64,000 nt of DNA from an uncultured virus (IMG/VR IMGVR_UViG_3300005142_000031) (IMGVR_UViG_3300005142_000031); one strand, 5' to 3'. Positions 29,101-37,907 are shown, counted from the stretch's first letter. Notes: a model not told the origin generated them from the letters alone. A program made the numbers and translations.

Positions 29101-30332
29101 ACCGCGACATACGAGTTGTCCTGCCACGAAATGCGCGTCCAGCTGCTGGTGATCTCCGAGGTGCCGTCGGTGTCGTCGTAGGCGGCATGGCCGCCGTAAT
29201 ACTGGTCAGGGAACTCCTCGGCGAAGACGCGCAGATTCGTGACGTCCCAGGTGGTGTTCCACTCGCTGTTGATGGCGACGTGCAGCTGGCCGGGCGCGGA
29301 GGCCGGCGTGTAGGTCACGGACTTCGATTCGCTGGCACTGCCCTCGGTTCCGATCAACGTAGGCGCCCCGGAGGCCAGGCCGTTCACCGTGTAGGCGATC
29401 ACGGTATTGCGCGAGCTGTGCCAGGTGCCGGAGAACGTGACGACGATCCGACCGTTGGTCTTGGCCGGCGGGTCGTCGAGGTACCAGATCGCGGTGTGTG
29501 CCGCGTCCCAGTCGACGTTGATGTCGTGGTTGCCGGCCCCACCCTCGAACATCGAGACCGGGTTCGAGCCGTCGCTGTCCTGGAACTCGACGGCGGTGAT
29601 CGTATTCGCCGAAGAGGGCGACAGGCCGGTGATCGAGACGATCAGCTTGTCTTCGGTGCCCTGGGTCGTGACCCCGGTCAGGATCAGCGGTGAGGCCCCG
29701 CTGCCGCTGTCCAGGTCGTTGCCGCTGGCCTTCACCGACGGGCCGCGAATCGACGCGGCGGCCCAGTTGACCGCCTTCTCGACGATCGCCAGGGCGGCGG
29801 CGGTCAGGGTGGACGGATCGTTGCCGCCGGCCAGGAAGACGCGGCGCTCAGTGGCGACGTTGCCCAGCTCGTCGGTGTCGCCCTCCTCGACCAGCGAGAT
29901 GACGCTCTGGCCCGAGGCATTGTCGCCGATCTGGACGACGTCGTTGACCGGGCTGCCCATGTGGCCGATATCGGCGACGCCGTCCGACCAGGTGACCACG
30001 TCGTTGACCGCGTAGCCGTCGGTGATCGGCGCGCGCAGCGCCCGGATCGTGATGTCGGCAACGGTGCCGTCGGTCGCGCCGGCGTCGCCCAGGCCGAACT
30101 CGTCGTGGGTCGCCCCTTCGAGGGTCAGAATCGGTACACCCTGCCCATCGAGATTGGCGACGTTGGAGCTGTTTACGCTCTCCAGCGTGACCAACAGGTC
30201 GGCCGAGGGGTCCGCCGCATCGCCCTCGCTGGCAAAGGTGACGGTGTGCCCCCAGCTCTCGAACTGGCTTTTCCAGGCGGTATCCCAGGAGGTCGGGGAC
30301 CCGGCGCTGCCGATGTACATCGTGATGTTCAT
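26127..30332 (-). CDS. Large modular virion appendage / tailspike with C-terminal parallel beta-helix
   Basis: 1401 aa, acidic, A/G/T/S-rich, internally duplicated domains; C-terminal repeats (ITIDNCLFENC, FTIKRCTFKD, YTIQDCEVINC) typical of right-handed beta-helices. Confidence 0.75.
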   Translation of the reverse strand: MNITMYIGSAGSPTSWDTAWKSQFESWGHTVTFASEGDAADPSADLLVTLESVNSSNVANLDGQGVPILTLEGATHDEFGLGDAGATDGTVADITIRALRAPITDGYAVNDVVTWSDGVADIGHMGSPVNDVVQIGDNASGQSVISLVEEGDTDELGNVATERRVFLAGGNDPSTLTAAALAIVEKAVNWAAASIRGPSVKASGNDLDSGSGASPLILTGVTTQGTEDKLIVSITGLSPSSANTITAVEFQDSDGSNPVSMFEGGAGNHDINVDWDAAHTAIWYLDDPPAKTNGRIVVTFSGTWHSSRNTVIAYTVNGLASGAPTLIGTEGSASESKSVTYTPASAPGQLHVAINSEWNTTWDVTNLRVFAEEFPDQYYGGHAAYDDTDGTSEITSSWTRISWQDNSYVAVWWPADIGAPAVNTALPAITATGAIAASASGDREGSVGTISASGALEVTTDAPAVAINTALVVGYSGGLTTGDQVVKDRLETILGHTVTVKDDSDGGWTPTNYDLLVIVPSTNSSNTEWLFTEGVPIVTTEGATWDESELVTGFGLSADELTEDVVVRDPTHPIMQGWSQDEIVKFTNNGSAQGFMQTLAPGVDGLAEIKNRSGYWGVLAAEAGTVKPARIAFVAGAVASDWTSNATIMFDRAVSWVLNNLGKNVTISGTGALSATARHDGSAAVSIAATGAIIAQVDKQLDFADTFFAEGTLADTGTITESVTTTSEHDVLLVSLSVEDHTFAGQEWTVTFDGVAMEVAVEAATGPKDGSSYNYAAVFYVESPGAKTADVVLQSTGLPREVSYRIEALTGVELGGPVDTAASFVTDAAAHEISMNNPTGQAIGVSVASVGDVIDIDPTEGSEEKAHLDNVSSTTAISHRVVPSGDSTFGWAIPARHVDASIAITGIGTVLAATQGDTGTGDPGGTGRGIASAPSYAEPLYTADGSDIPAGALDAGDYGSIAAWLDDLEAQGKPGKIGSGTWDFSGLGKREITQSIYGYDTGTGRPVLDAGGSGALYFHANNLRFQYLHWKNWPVALCNIDDTVYSEDGETDNEYQFSSSRTNYSYFVGPARNVSTPVSPGDNTGLRVLDCVFEDCDTCVGALKGPHSIRDVHFGRNEVYDGKGCVALLGYYHGSLRFYQNHVHDMPQGTSKGNHVGTIVWMNANRTMGRDVNPAVYIDNNEFYRITSTHSHNKINGSVVADIRQVTGWYFRNNIVKDCTNSAHHSDCNALYAKCYDITIDNCLFENCGANSTDDVNGSEGGIITFKGGDSFGPVMVTDCDFIAGATSDCPMILSSHGQFTIKRCTFKDFQTSLPRDWTRRNTMVHTYSGGVYTIQDCEVINCGGDGFFFAHRGGDYGHLLENIIDVNWDGTNRRDIILGPSGSVSLVNCKTADGQDLVLT
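28248..28260. repeat. Dispersed palindrome, 1-bp-spacer variant
   Basis: TGCAATGATTGCA. Confidence 0.8.
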
Positions 30333-30342
30333 GCCCGGGCCC

Positions 30343-30690
30343 TCAGATATCGAAGACGCGCTTCATGCGCGCCCGGACGGTGACGACGTTGTAGGCGACG
30401 GGCGTCTTGGTCCACTGGGTGCAGATCAGCCGGTAGGGCTGGACATGACCCGGCGGCGTCCAGTCGAACGGCAGATAGCCTTCCTGCTGTTCGAAGAACT
30501 CGATCAGCTCGTCGGCCTCCTCGGTCTCGAGATGCGACCAGGTCACGGTCGTCTCGAGCTCCATGGTGTTGAGGCCGTCGCCGGCGCGCTGCGAGTAGCC
30601 GTCACCGAACTTGGCCTCGAGCACCCGGGGCTTGGTGGTCCAGGAAATGCCGCGGTCGGGCGGCTGGGGCGGGGCGAACAGCGTGGCCAT
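30343..30690 (-). CDS. Minor (distal) tail protein M
   Basis: PRVLEAKFGDGYSQRAGDGLN, FDWTPP, RVFD. Confidence 0.92.
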   Translation of the reverse strand: MATLFAPPQPPDRGISWTTKPRVLEAKFGDGYSQRAGDGLNTMELETTVTWSHLETEEADELIEFFEQQEGYLPFDWTPPGHVQPYRLICTQWTKTPVAYNVVTVRARMKRVFDI

Positions 30691-30691
30691 G

Positions 30692-33640
30692 TCAGTACCT
30701 CATGGTCCCGAGCTGATCCCCGTAGCCGGGGTTCAGCATGTTCCCTGGCCGCTGCTGCTCCTGCATGAACTCCGCCATCTTGGCGTTCATGATCTCGTCG
30801 AGCTCGCGGCCGATCTGCTCGGCGAGGCGCTGATCGGCCTGCTGATCGCCCGAGCTGCCGCCCTGGACCGAGACAGAAGTCCGCGGCGCGAACACCACCG
30901 ATCCCCCGCCGCCCTGGGCCTGGACTCCGAGATCGCCGTTGCTCAGCCGGACCAGCGGCATCACCGCCTCATCGCCGGCTTCGCCCATCAGCCCGACCCC
31001 CTTGGCGAAGGCGAACAGGGTCGGCTGGCTGATCACCTCGTTGAGGTGCCCAGTGACGCCGCGGCCGAAGACGTTGCCCTGGGCGCTGGGGACGAGCAGA
31101 CCGCTGACGATGCCGGAGATGCCCTTCTGGAGCGGCTCCAGCAGACCGGCCTGCAGGGCGATCTCGGCCAGCTGCAGCGACAGCCGGGACAGGGCCTCGG
31201 CCATCGAGTCCGACTGCAGGATCATCGAGCTGGCGAAGTTCGAGAACGCCTGGCCAGCCTGATCGGCCGCCGGGCCGAACTCCTTCAGCGCCGCCTCGAC
31301 CGCGTCCTTCTGCTCCAGGTTCTGCCGGTAGGCCGCAGTGAGCTCGTCGACCTTCTGCTTCTCGGCCCCGGCGGCCTCCAAGGACTCCCGGAACTGCGCC
31401 ACATTGGAGTCGATCTGCCGGGCCCGATTGTAGGCCTCGTAGGCTTCCTGGCCCTGGCTCAGCGCCTCGATCTCGCCGGCGACGGCATCGGACTGCTCGA
31501 CGATCTTGGCGACCTCCCGGTCGCGCTCCAGGGCCAGGGCGCGCAGGGCGTCGTCGCGGGCGGCAACCGCCCGGGCCAGCAGCTCCTCCTCATTGGCGGC
31601 GCCGCTGATCGCCTCGCGCAGGTCGCGGAACTCCTGCTCGACCTGAGCCACCTGGCGCTGGTAGTCCGACAACAGGGCAAGCTGTCCCTGGCGCTCGAAG
31701 GCCTCCAGGTCGCTCAGGAAGCTGGGCGCGCTGCCACTGCCGCCGCCAAGCGACGGGACACGGGGCGGATCGGTCTCGGGGTCGTCCTCTCCGCCGCTGC
31801 CCGAGGGGCTGGGCGGCCGGACCACCGCCCCGGCCAGGGTACCACCGGCCCCGCCACCGATGATGCCAGCCTCGCGGTTCAGCCCGGCGATCGAGTCCTC
31901 CAGTGCAATGATTGCACTGCGGGCGTCCTGGGCATCCTGGCGCCACTGGTCAATCTGGGTGCCGAAGCCGCTCTCGCCCGGCGCCGCGCCCTCGGCGAAT
32001 CCCTCGCGCTGCAGGTCACGCGCCGCCGACAGCCGGGCGATCATCGCCTCGGCCACTGCCAGGTGGCCCTGGGCCTCCTGCAGCAGCAGCGGCAGGGTCT
32101 CCTTGACCGACTCGCCGAGATCCGAGTTGGCGTCGACCTGGCCCTCGATCACCTGGTTGGCGAGGTCGGTCGCCTCCTTGACCTCATCCTGGACGTCGCG
32201 GAAATCACGAATCGTCGGCGTGGTCTTGCCGAGCTGGACACCAAGTGCGATGGCGCCGGCGGTCACCGCGGCGATGGCGAGACCGGCCGGCCCCAGGGCA
32301 ACCGCCGCGGTACCGATCGCCGCGGTGAACGGCCCAAGGGCGAAGGTTGCGCCCTTGATGGCCAATCCGGCCCCGGCAGCCATCGGCGCGATACCGGCGC
32401 CCACCGCGATGAACTCCTGGACCGGCTGGGGCAGGTCCTGGAAGGCGTCGTTCAGATTGTTCAGCGCGTCGGTGACGGTCTGGATGATCTCGGTCGCCAG
32501 CGGCGCAAGGGCTTCGCCCACCGAGGTAACGAAGTCCTGGAAGGCGTTCTGGAGCAGCTGGACCTGGGCGTTGAACGATTCGTAGGCCCGGGCCGCCTCC
32601 TCCGCCGTAGCGCCGCCCTCGGCCGCCGCCGTGTTGGCCTGGCGCAGCCGCAGCGCGAACCGTTCATAGTTGCTGGCCAGCGGGACGATGGTCTTGTTGA
32701 CCTCTTCCTGCTGCAGGCCCAGCTCCTCCAGCACCTCATAGTAGTTGCCGCCCTGATCGATCACCGCGCCGAGGCCTTCGATGAACTTCTCGAACACCTC
32801 GGTCGGGTCGTTCTCGAAGGCCTGGTCGAGCGCCGGGCCGATGAGGTTGGTCAGCGCCTCGACCGCGCTGCGACCCTCTCCGGTCTTGAGCGCCTGATCG
32901 ATCGCCCGGAAGGTCCGACCCACAGCAGTGCCGGAAACCTCGGCGCGCAGGCCCATCTCGGCCATGGCGGCACCGATGCCCGCCGCTGCGGTGGTGCCGA
33001 TCTCGAAGGTCGCCGTGGCCAGCGCGATCTCGGTCGCCATCTCGGCGATCTGGCGCTCGTTGGTCGCGGCGTTGTTGCCCAGCGTGACGATGACGTCCGA
33101 CAGCCGGCGGGCCTCGCCGATACCCTCGCCCATCACGTTGAGCATCCGGGTGAGCGCAGTGGCGGCCTCCTCGCCGGCCAGGTTCGAGGCCGACCCCAGC
33201 TCGGCGATCACCTTGGTGAACGACAGGATGTTGTCGGTGCCGCGGATGCCGAGCTGGCCGGCGACCACGGCGATCTCGGCCAGGGTGGCACGGGCCTGCG
33301 GGATCTCCCGCGCCATCTCTCGGAACTGGGCGGTGAACTGCTCGGTCTCGGCCGCCGTCTGATCGGTGGTCTTGGCGACCGCGATCATCTGGCTTTCGAG
33401 CTCGCCGAAGGTGCCGAGGGCTCCCCGGATCAGCCGGGCCTGGGCGTACATAGTGGCAAGCCCGGCGGTGACCTCGCCCAGGCTGCGGGCCATCTCCCGG
33501 AACTGCTGGCCCGTGTCGCGCGCCTGACGACCGGTGCGTTCGGTAGTACCGCCGACATCCCGCAGGACGCGCGACGCCTCGTCGCGCATCTTGATGATGA
33601 ACTCCAGCTCCTGCTGGCTGGGGCGTCCGTCGAACGGCAT
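30692..33640 (-). CDS. Tape measure protein (TP901-type core)
   Basis: 982 aa, Ala-rich helical; LESQMIAVAKTTD, LGNNAATNE, C-terminal GLMGEAGDEAVMPL. Confidence 0.93.
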   Translation of the reverse strand: MPFDGRPSQQELEFIIKMRDEASRVLRDVGGTTERTGRQARDTGQQFREMARSLGEVTAGLATMYAQARLIRGALGTFGELESQMIAVAKTTDQTAAETEQFTAQFREMAREIPQARATLAEIAVVAGQLGIRGTDNILSFTKVIAELGSASNLAGEEAATALTRMLNVMGEGIGEARRLSDVIVTLGNNAATNERQIAEMATEIALATATFEIGTTAAAGIGAAMAEMGLRAEVSGTAVGRTFRAIDQALKTGEGRSAVEALTNLIGPALDQAFENDPTEVFEKFIEGLGAVIDQGGNYYEVLEELGLQQEEVNKTIVPLASNYERFALRLRQANTAAAEGGATAEEAARAYESFNAQVQLLQNAFQDFVTSVGEALAPLATEIIQTVTDALNNLNDAFQDLPQPVQEFIAVGAGIAPMAAGAGLAIKGATFALGPFTAAIGTAAVALGPAGLAIAAVTAGAIALGVQLGKTTPTIRDFRDVQDEVKEATDLANQVIEGQVDANSDLGESVKETLPLLLQEAQGHLAVAEAMIARLSAARDLQREGFAEGAAPGESGFGTQIDQWRQDAQDARSAIIALEDSIAGLNREAGIIGGGAGGTLAGAVVRPPSPSGSGGEDDPETDPPRVPSLGGGSGSAPSFLSDLEAFERQGQLALLSDYQRQVAQVEQEFRDLREAISGAANEEELLARAVAARDDALRALALERDREVAKIVEQSDAVAGEIEALSQGQEAYEAYNRARQIDSNVAQFRESLEAAGAEKQKVDELTAAYRQNLEQKDAVEAALKEFGPAADQAGQAFSNFASSMILQSDSMAEALSRLSLQLAEIALQAGLLEPLQKGISGIVSGLLVPSAQGNVFGRGVTGHLNEVISQPTLFAFAKGVGLMGEAGDEAVMPLVRLSNGDLGVQAQGGGGSVVFAPRTSVSVQGGSSGDQQADQRLAEQIGRELDEIMNAKMAEFMQEQQRPGNMLNPGYGDQLGTMRY
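31904..31916. repeat. Dispersed palindrome, 1-bp-spacer variant (in tape measure)
   Basis: CAGTGCAATGATTGCACTG (9-bp arms). Confidence 0.8.
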
Positions 33641-33658
33641 CCTGCGGGTCTCCTGACC

Positions 33659-34021
33659 TTACCGACGGTTCTGCCGGCTCTGCTCCCTCTTCTCCTCGAA
33701 GGCCTCCTCGAACGTGGCGTCGACCAACGAGAGCATGGACATCAGCCGAACCGGCTGGTCATGCAGGCCGCCCGCCTCGGGCAGGAAGCCCTTGTTCATC
33801 ATCCGCCGGTAGGTCAGCAGCTGGTGCCAGCCACGCGGATCGTCCTTGATCGGCCGCCGGGGGCAGCGGAAGGCCGTCTCGCCGTCGAGCTCGATCGGGT
33901 CCTCCGCGGCGTTCTCCCAGTCGCCATCTTCGTTCTGGACCGCGTGGCAGCCCCAGGCCCGCTGCTGGCGGTCGGTGCAGGCGGCGCAATCCCGCTCCGG
34001 GAGCAGAACCAGCGCGATCAC
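33659..34021 (-). CDS. Tail assembly chaperone, frameshifted C-terminal extension (gpT-like)
   Basis: In the -1 frame relative to the upstream chaperone; GFLPEAGGLHDQP motif; precedes tape measure. Confidence 0.8.
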   Translation of the reverse strand: MIALVLLPERDCAACTDRQQRAWGCHAVQNEDGDWENAAEDPIELDGETAFRCPRRPIKDDPRGWHQLLTYRRMMNKGFLPEAGGLHDQPVRLMSMLSLVDATFEEAFEEKREQSRQNRR

Positions 34022-34455
34022 GCCGCTGCGGAGTTTTTTGCCTCCTCCTTGGTCACCTGGTTGACCTGCTTGATCTCGGCGGCGAGCTCGCGCACCAGGG
34101 CGATCGACAGGTACTGCAGGCTCTCGTCGGCGACCACCGTGTAGGTCTTGCCGTTGACCGCCTGCTGCTTGGTCTTGAACGGGATGTCGTTGCCCTGCTC
34201 GTCGCGGAAGTTGCGCCAGCCCTTGAGGCCGAAGCGCACCGCGTCGAGGTTCGTGGCGTTGGTGTTCAGGGCCATCTGTCCGTTGTCGCCCAGGCTCATT
34301 GCCCGGTCGTAGACCCAGGACATCAGGAAGACGTCGAGCGAGCCCAGCTCGAAAACGGTGGCGTCGGCGGTCGGATAGTCATCCTGGTCGCGCGCCGGGT
34401 CATCCTTCGAGACGTACTGACGCACGCCGCTCAGGTTCATCCCCACGAGTGCCAT
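34018..34455 (-). CDS. Tail assembly chaperone (gpG-like)
   Basis: Between tail tube and tape measure; ends at slippery site A AAA AAC. Confidence 0.82.
   Translation of the reverse strand: MALVGMNLSGVRQYVSKDDPARDQDDYPTADATVFELGSLDVFLMSWVYDRAMSLGDNGQMALNTNATNLDAVRFGLKGWRNFRDEQGNDIPFKTKQQAVNGKTYTVVADESLQYLSIALVRELAAEIKQVNQVTKEEAKNSAAA
34033..34039 (-). other. -1 programmed ribosomal frameshift heptamer AAAAAAC
   Basis: GCA AAA AAC TCC; a -1 shift reads CTC CGC AGC GGC GTG ATC into ORF 33659-34021. Confidence 0.85.
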
Positions 34456-34627
34456 CGATCCGCTCCTTCGGTGCATGGCCAGTGTCGGGGGGCAGCTTGT
34501 CTGCCCATAGCACCCGCACTCTACAAGGGGCGTTGGCTTTCGCAATCGCCTGGGCGGGGTCGCGGGCCAGCTTTGCGGCCAGGATCTCGCCGTTGGTCCG
34601 CTGGACGATGAACACCTTGACCCGCAT
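34400..34627 (-). CDS. Small hypothetical protein
   Basis: MRVKVFIVQRTNGEILAAKL..., with AAGGA SD just after a palindrome copy. Confidence 0.55.
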   Translation of the reverse strand: MRVKVFIVQRTNGEILAAKLARDPAQAIAKANAPCRVRVLWADKLPPDTGHAPKERIDGTRGDEPERRASVRLEG

Positions 34628-34641
34628 CGCCGGTTTCCTTG

Positions 34642-34655
34642 TGCAATCAATTGCA
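34642..34655. repeat. Dispersed palindrome (intergenic)
   Basis: TGCAATCAATTGCA between a terminator-like hairpin and the next SD. Confidence 0.95.
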
Positions 34656-34697
34656 AACAACAAAGGGGGCGGCCCCAGGCAAGGCCACCCCCTTGTT
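34656..34697 (-). terminator. Terminator-like hairpin downstream of the tail tube gene
   Basis: AAGGGGGTGGCC/GGCCGCCCCCTT followed by TGTTGTTT on the minus strand. Confidence 0.6.
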
Positions 34698-34733
34698 CCA
34701 CCGCAGGGCCGGCACGAGGCGGCCTTCGGCGGA

Positions 34734-34886
34734 TCAGGTGCTCTGGACGCCCTTGGGAAAATCGTCCCGGGCCGGTGTGTCTTCGAGACGGGGCAGTGTC
34801 TCCTTGACCCGTTCCCAGGCCTGGCGAAGGGCTGTGTCGTCCCGCGAGCCCTTGCCGGGCGTATAGGTCAGCTCGTTGCAGGCCAT
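34734..34886 (-). CDS. Small hypothetical protein (50 aa, absent from ORF track)
   Basis: MACNELTYTPGKGSRDD..., strong SD GAGGAGG right after the tail tube stop. Confidence 0.5.
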   Translation of the reverse strand: MACNELTYTPGKGSRDDTALRQAWERVKETLPRLEDTPARDDFPKGVQST

Positions 34887-34896
34887 GGCGTCCTCC

Positions 34897-35835
34897 TCAC
34901 TTGAAGACGAGCTGGAACTCGTCGTTGCCGGTGTCGCGGCCCAGGCGCAGGCCGGCGTCGTAGGTGCGGATGCCGTTGCGGTCGCGATAGGTCAGGCCGG
35001 TGTACTGCACCTTGGGCGCCGAATAGGCGATGATGTTGCCGGCAGTCGATCCGATCTGGCCGGACACCGCCATCTGCTTGGCGGTGCTCAGCTTGCCCCA
35101 GAAATCCTCGTCGGCGACCAGGGTGGCCTCCGGATCGATGCCGCCGGTCGGCTGACGGCCGGTGATGCGGATGCCCTTGACGCCCTCGGGCGAGTTCACG
35201 TCGGGACGCTCGTTGATCTGGATGCCCATGTCGAACGAGAAGCGGCCGATCACCAGATCCGAATTGCCGTCGACCGTGAGCTGCGAGCTCTCGATCTTCG
35301 GCGGCTTGGTCGTCTCGTAGGTCGCCGAGGGCAGCGCCATGTCGGTCGGATCGTTCCACAGCCCGGTGAACTCGAAATTGAACCGGCCGTAGCGGCCCGC
35401 CTCGCCTTCCAGGGTGAAGGTGCCCATCGCCCCGGTCAGCAGGTGCTTGAGGCCGTCGAAGTACATCTCGATCGTCGCGGTCTCGAAGTTGGTCGACACC
35501 GGGACGTAGGTGATGTCGGTGCCGTCGTTCAGCGTCTCCGAGAAGCCGCAGGCACGCAGCAGCTGGCCGATCCGCGGCGTAGTGGCGCCGTCATCGGTCG
35601 ACCCGTTGGACTTGGCCTCGACCGAGAAGGTCATCCGGGCGAGCTTGCGCCCCGCAGCGACGCCGGCCGGCGACAGATCCTCATAAGCGATCTCGCGCTC
35701 GAGGGTGGTGACGTCGGGCTGGAAGTCCGGATTGATCGCCTGGATGGCGTCATCAGCCGCCGCCAGGGTTTCGGCCGTGCCGCTCACACTCTCGATCTTG
35801 GCCATGACGAGCGCGCGGCGAGTCAGCAGGGGCAT
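34897..35835 (-). CDS. Major tail (tube) protein
   Basis: Position; LLTRRALVMAKIES, LLRACGF, FEFTG, GNDEFQLVF; 312 aa, beta-rich. Confidence 0.85.
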   Translation of the reverse strand: MPLLTRRALVMAKIESVSGTAETLAAADDAIQAINPDFQPDVTTLEREIAYEDLSPAGVAAGRKLARMTFSVEAKSNGSTDDGATTPRIGQLLRACGFSETLNDGTDITYVPVSTNFETATIEMYFDGLKHLLTGAMGTFTLEGEAGRYGRFNFEFTGLWNDPTDMALPSATYETTKPPKIESSQLTVDGNSDLVIGRFSFDMGIQINERPDVNSPEGVKGIRITGRQPTGGIDPEATLVADEDFWGKLSTAKQMAVSGQIGSTAGNIIAYSAPKVQYTGLTYRDRNGIRTYDAGLRLGRDTGNDEFQLVFK

Positions 35836-35881
35836 GTCTCAGTTCCTCTTCCTTGAGGCTCGTCCTTGAGCCGTCGAGCGG

Positions 35882-36052
35882 TCAGCGGCCGTCGGGCGTC
35901 TTCTCCAGTATATGCGCGACCTGCTCCGGGCGGTACCGCTGGCCGTCGACCATCACGAAACGACCACCGATGCCGGGCGGCACCGGCTTGCCGATCGACT
36001 TCGGGGAGGCCTTGCGCCTCCCCTCCACCGGTGGGACCTCGTCCTCGGCCAT
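35882..36052 (-). CDS. Small hypothetical protein (56 aa, absent from ORF track)
   Basis: MAEDEVPPVEG..GGRFVMVDGQRY, TGATG-coupled to the upstream stop. Confidence 0.55.
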   Translation of the reverse strand: MAEDEVPPVEGRRKASPKSIGKPVPPGIGGRFVMVDGQRYRPEQVAHILEKTPDGR

Positions 36053-36777
36053 CACTGGGCGACGACCGCCGCGTTCGGCGTGGCGTTGCCGGCCGCGGTG
36101 ATCTCGTTCAGCTTGGTCGCCAGCTCCTTCACCGCGTCGGCGATCGCCGCGAAGGCGGCGTCAGCGTCCGCCTTCGAGGTAGCGTCGGTGGTGCCGTCGG
36201 TCCCGGTGTCGGTGTCGATGTCGGCCACCGTGCCGGTGTAGACCGGCGTGCCGCCCGAGTTGTCGGTCAGCTTGGCGACGCCGGTCGCCTCGCACAGCTG
36301 ATTGATCTCCCAAGCGAGCTGGGCGACGGTGTTCTTGACGTTGCCGAGCACCGTGTTGAGGCCCGCGGCGTTGGCGCCGTCGGTGGCCGAGGCGGTGAAC
36401 GACTGGGTCACGGCAGCGACCGTGCCGTCGGTCACGTCAGCCAGGCTGTTGGTCACCGTGCGGGCCGGCACCACCGCGTTGACCGCGATCACCTGGTCGG
36501 CGATCTCGGCCAGGGCCTCGGTCACCGTGCCCAACGCGGTCTCGACCGCCGCCTTCGTGGCGAGGTCGGTGCCGGCGCTGTCGTAGGGCGTCACGTCGGG
36601 AATGGCCGCGATCGTACCGTCCGCCGCAGCGCCACCGGAGTTGTCGGTCAGATCCGACACGCCCGACGCGGCGCGCAGGGCGTCATTCTGGGCGAGCGCG
36701 CGAACGACCCGGGCCAGCTTGCCCTCGGTCACCCCGGCACCGCCACCGAACTCGTGCAGCTTGACGTACTCGGTCAT
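36052..36777 (-). CDS. Ala/Thr-rich virion protein with internal duplication (fibre/decoration-like)
   Basis: Two LTDNSGG..GT.A.I units each followed by an amphipathic helix. Confidence 0.7.
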   Translation of the reverse strand: MTEYVKLHEFGGGAGVTEGKLARVVRALAQNDALRAASGVSDLTDNSGGAAADGTIAAIPDVTPYDSAGTDLATKAAVETALGTVTEALAEIADQVIAVNAVVPARTVTNSLADVTDGTVAAVTQSFTASATDGANAAGLNTVLGNVKNTVAQLAWEINQLCEATGVAKLTDNSGGTPVYTGTVADIDTDTGTDGTTDATSKADADAAFAAIADAVKELATKLNEITAAGNATPNAAVVAQ

Positions 36778-36789
36778 GGGTCTCTCTCC

Positions 36790-37260
36790 TTACCTGGCCT
36801 GGCGCGGGTCGCCCGCCTGATGCCTATACTCGATCGCCAGGATCACCGCGCCCGAGGTGCGCCGGCGGTCCTGCTCGTCGATGTAGGACTCGTTCCTGAG
36901 CTCCCGGATGTCCATCGCCAGACCGCCCAGGGTAGTGTCCTCCATCACCCGGCGACGCACGTCGCCGAGCACCCGCCGCAGCTCCTTGGCCGCGACGTCA
37001 CCGGTCGATACGAAGACGCGGAACTCGACGACCACGGTGATCGCCGCGTCGACCACGTCGTGCATCCACTCGACCGGAACCTCCTCGGTGTCGTAGACGC
37101 CGCAGGCCGCGGCCTTCTTCCAGGCGTCGTCGTCCAGCGGGGCCTCCTCGACCACCGAGAACGTAGTGGTATAGGGGTCATCTGCCGGCTCGCCCTCCTG
37201 CATGGTGCGCAGCTTGACGACCAGGGCTTCCATGATCCGTTCGCGCAGGGTGTCAGGCAT
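36790..37260 (-). CDS. Tail terminator / completion protein
   Basis: TLRERIMEAL..D.TLGGLA..IEYRH..DP; position before the tail tube. Confidence 0.78.
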   Translation of the reverse strand: MPDTLRERIMEALVVKLRTMQEGEPADDPYTTTFSVVEEAPLDDDAWKKAAACGVYDTEEVPVEWMHDVVDAAITVVVEFRVFVSTGDVAAKELRRVLGDVRRRVMEDTTLGGLAMDIRELRNESYIDEQDRRRTSGAVILAIEYRHQAGDPRQAR

Positions 37261-37897
37261 CGATGGCCTCCCGCGCCATCCGGCTCATAGCCCGGTCGAC
37301 GAACAGCGGCAGACCCGCCTGCAGCGTGTCGCGCATGCCGAGCCGGGCCGGGATGGTGACCTCCTTCTTCAGCACATAGAGCGGCACGATCCGCCCGGCG
37401 CGCTTCTGGACGATAAGCAGGTTGCCCGCCTTCGAGGTGATCACGAAGGTGTCGTGCCAGTCCCGCGCCGACCGCTTCTTGGGCGTGCCGTCAGGGTTCA
37501 GCGCCGGCGGCAGCGGGATCGTCAGGTACTTCGCCCGCTTCGCCCGGATCGTCGCGCCATATTCATGCGTACGCAGATAGCCGACGCCGCCGATGGAGCC
37601 CTGGATGTCGGCCAGCGTGGAGCCGCGAACATCGATACTCTGTGCAATCGATTGCAGCGCCCGGCCGGACCGGCGCGACAGGGTCTTCGGGCCGGTACCG
37701 CCCGGCCAGGGATTGCCGTGACGCTGCTGCATCGCCCGCGATACGCCGTCGAGGAAGGTGCGCAGCTCGCGCTTCAGGGCCGGCGCCATGCGCTCCGGCG
37801 CCTTGTTCAGGCTGGCGGCGAAGGCGCGCAGTCCCTGCTCGGCGCTGCGGTAGCGCTGATTGCGGAACTCGAACTCGAAGGCGATCTCCTCGGCCAT
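37253..37897 (-). CDS. Neck / tail completion protein (HK97 gp10-like)
   Basis: LSRRSGRALQSI, YLRTHEYGATIRAK, VTIPAR. Confidence 0.78.
   Translation of the reverse strand: MAEEIAFEFEFRNQRYRSAEQGLRAFAASLNKAPERMAPALKRELRTFLDGVSRAMQQRHGNPWPGGTGPKTLSRRSGRALQSIAQSIDVRGSTLADIQGSIGGVGYLRTHEYGATIRAKRAKYLTIPLPPALNPDGTPKKRSARDWHDTFVITSKAGNLLIVQKRAGRIVPLYVLKKEVTIPARLGMRDTLQAGLPLFVDRAMSRMAREAIDA
37643..37656. repeat. Dispersed palindrome, perfect copy
   Basis: TGCAATCGATTGCA. Confidence 0.95.
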
Positions 37898-37907
37898 ACC
37901 CGCCCCC

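Noticed and set aside
25476..34144. Very long plus-strand ORFs (25476-28667, 30611-34144; also 38858-41572, 51581-54400, 57010-58836 and others)
   Set aside because: They are antisense shadows of motif-bearing minus-strand genes in GC-rich DNA; the translations have no recognisable motifs or SDs.
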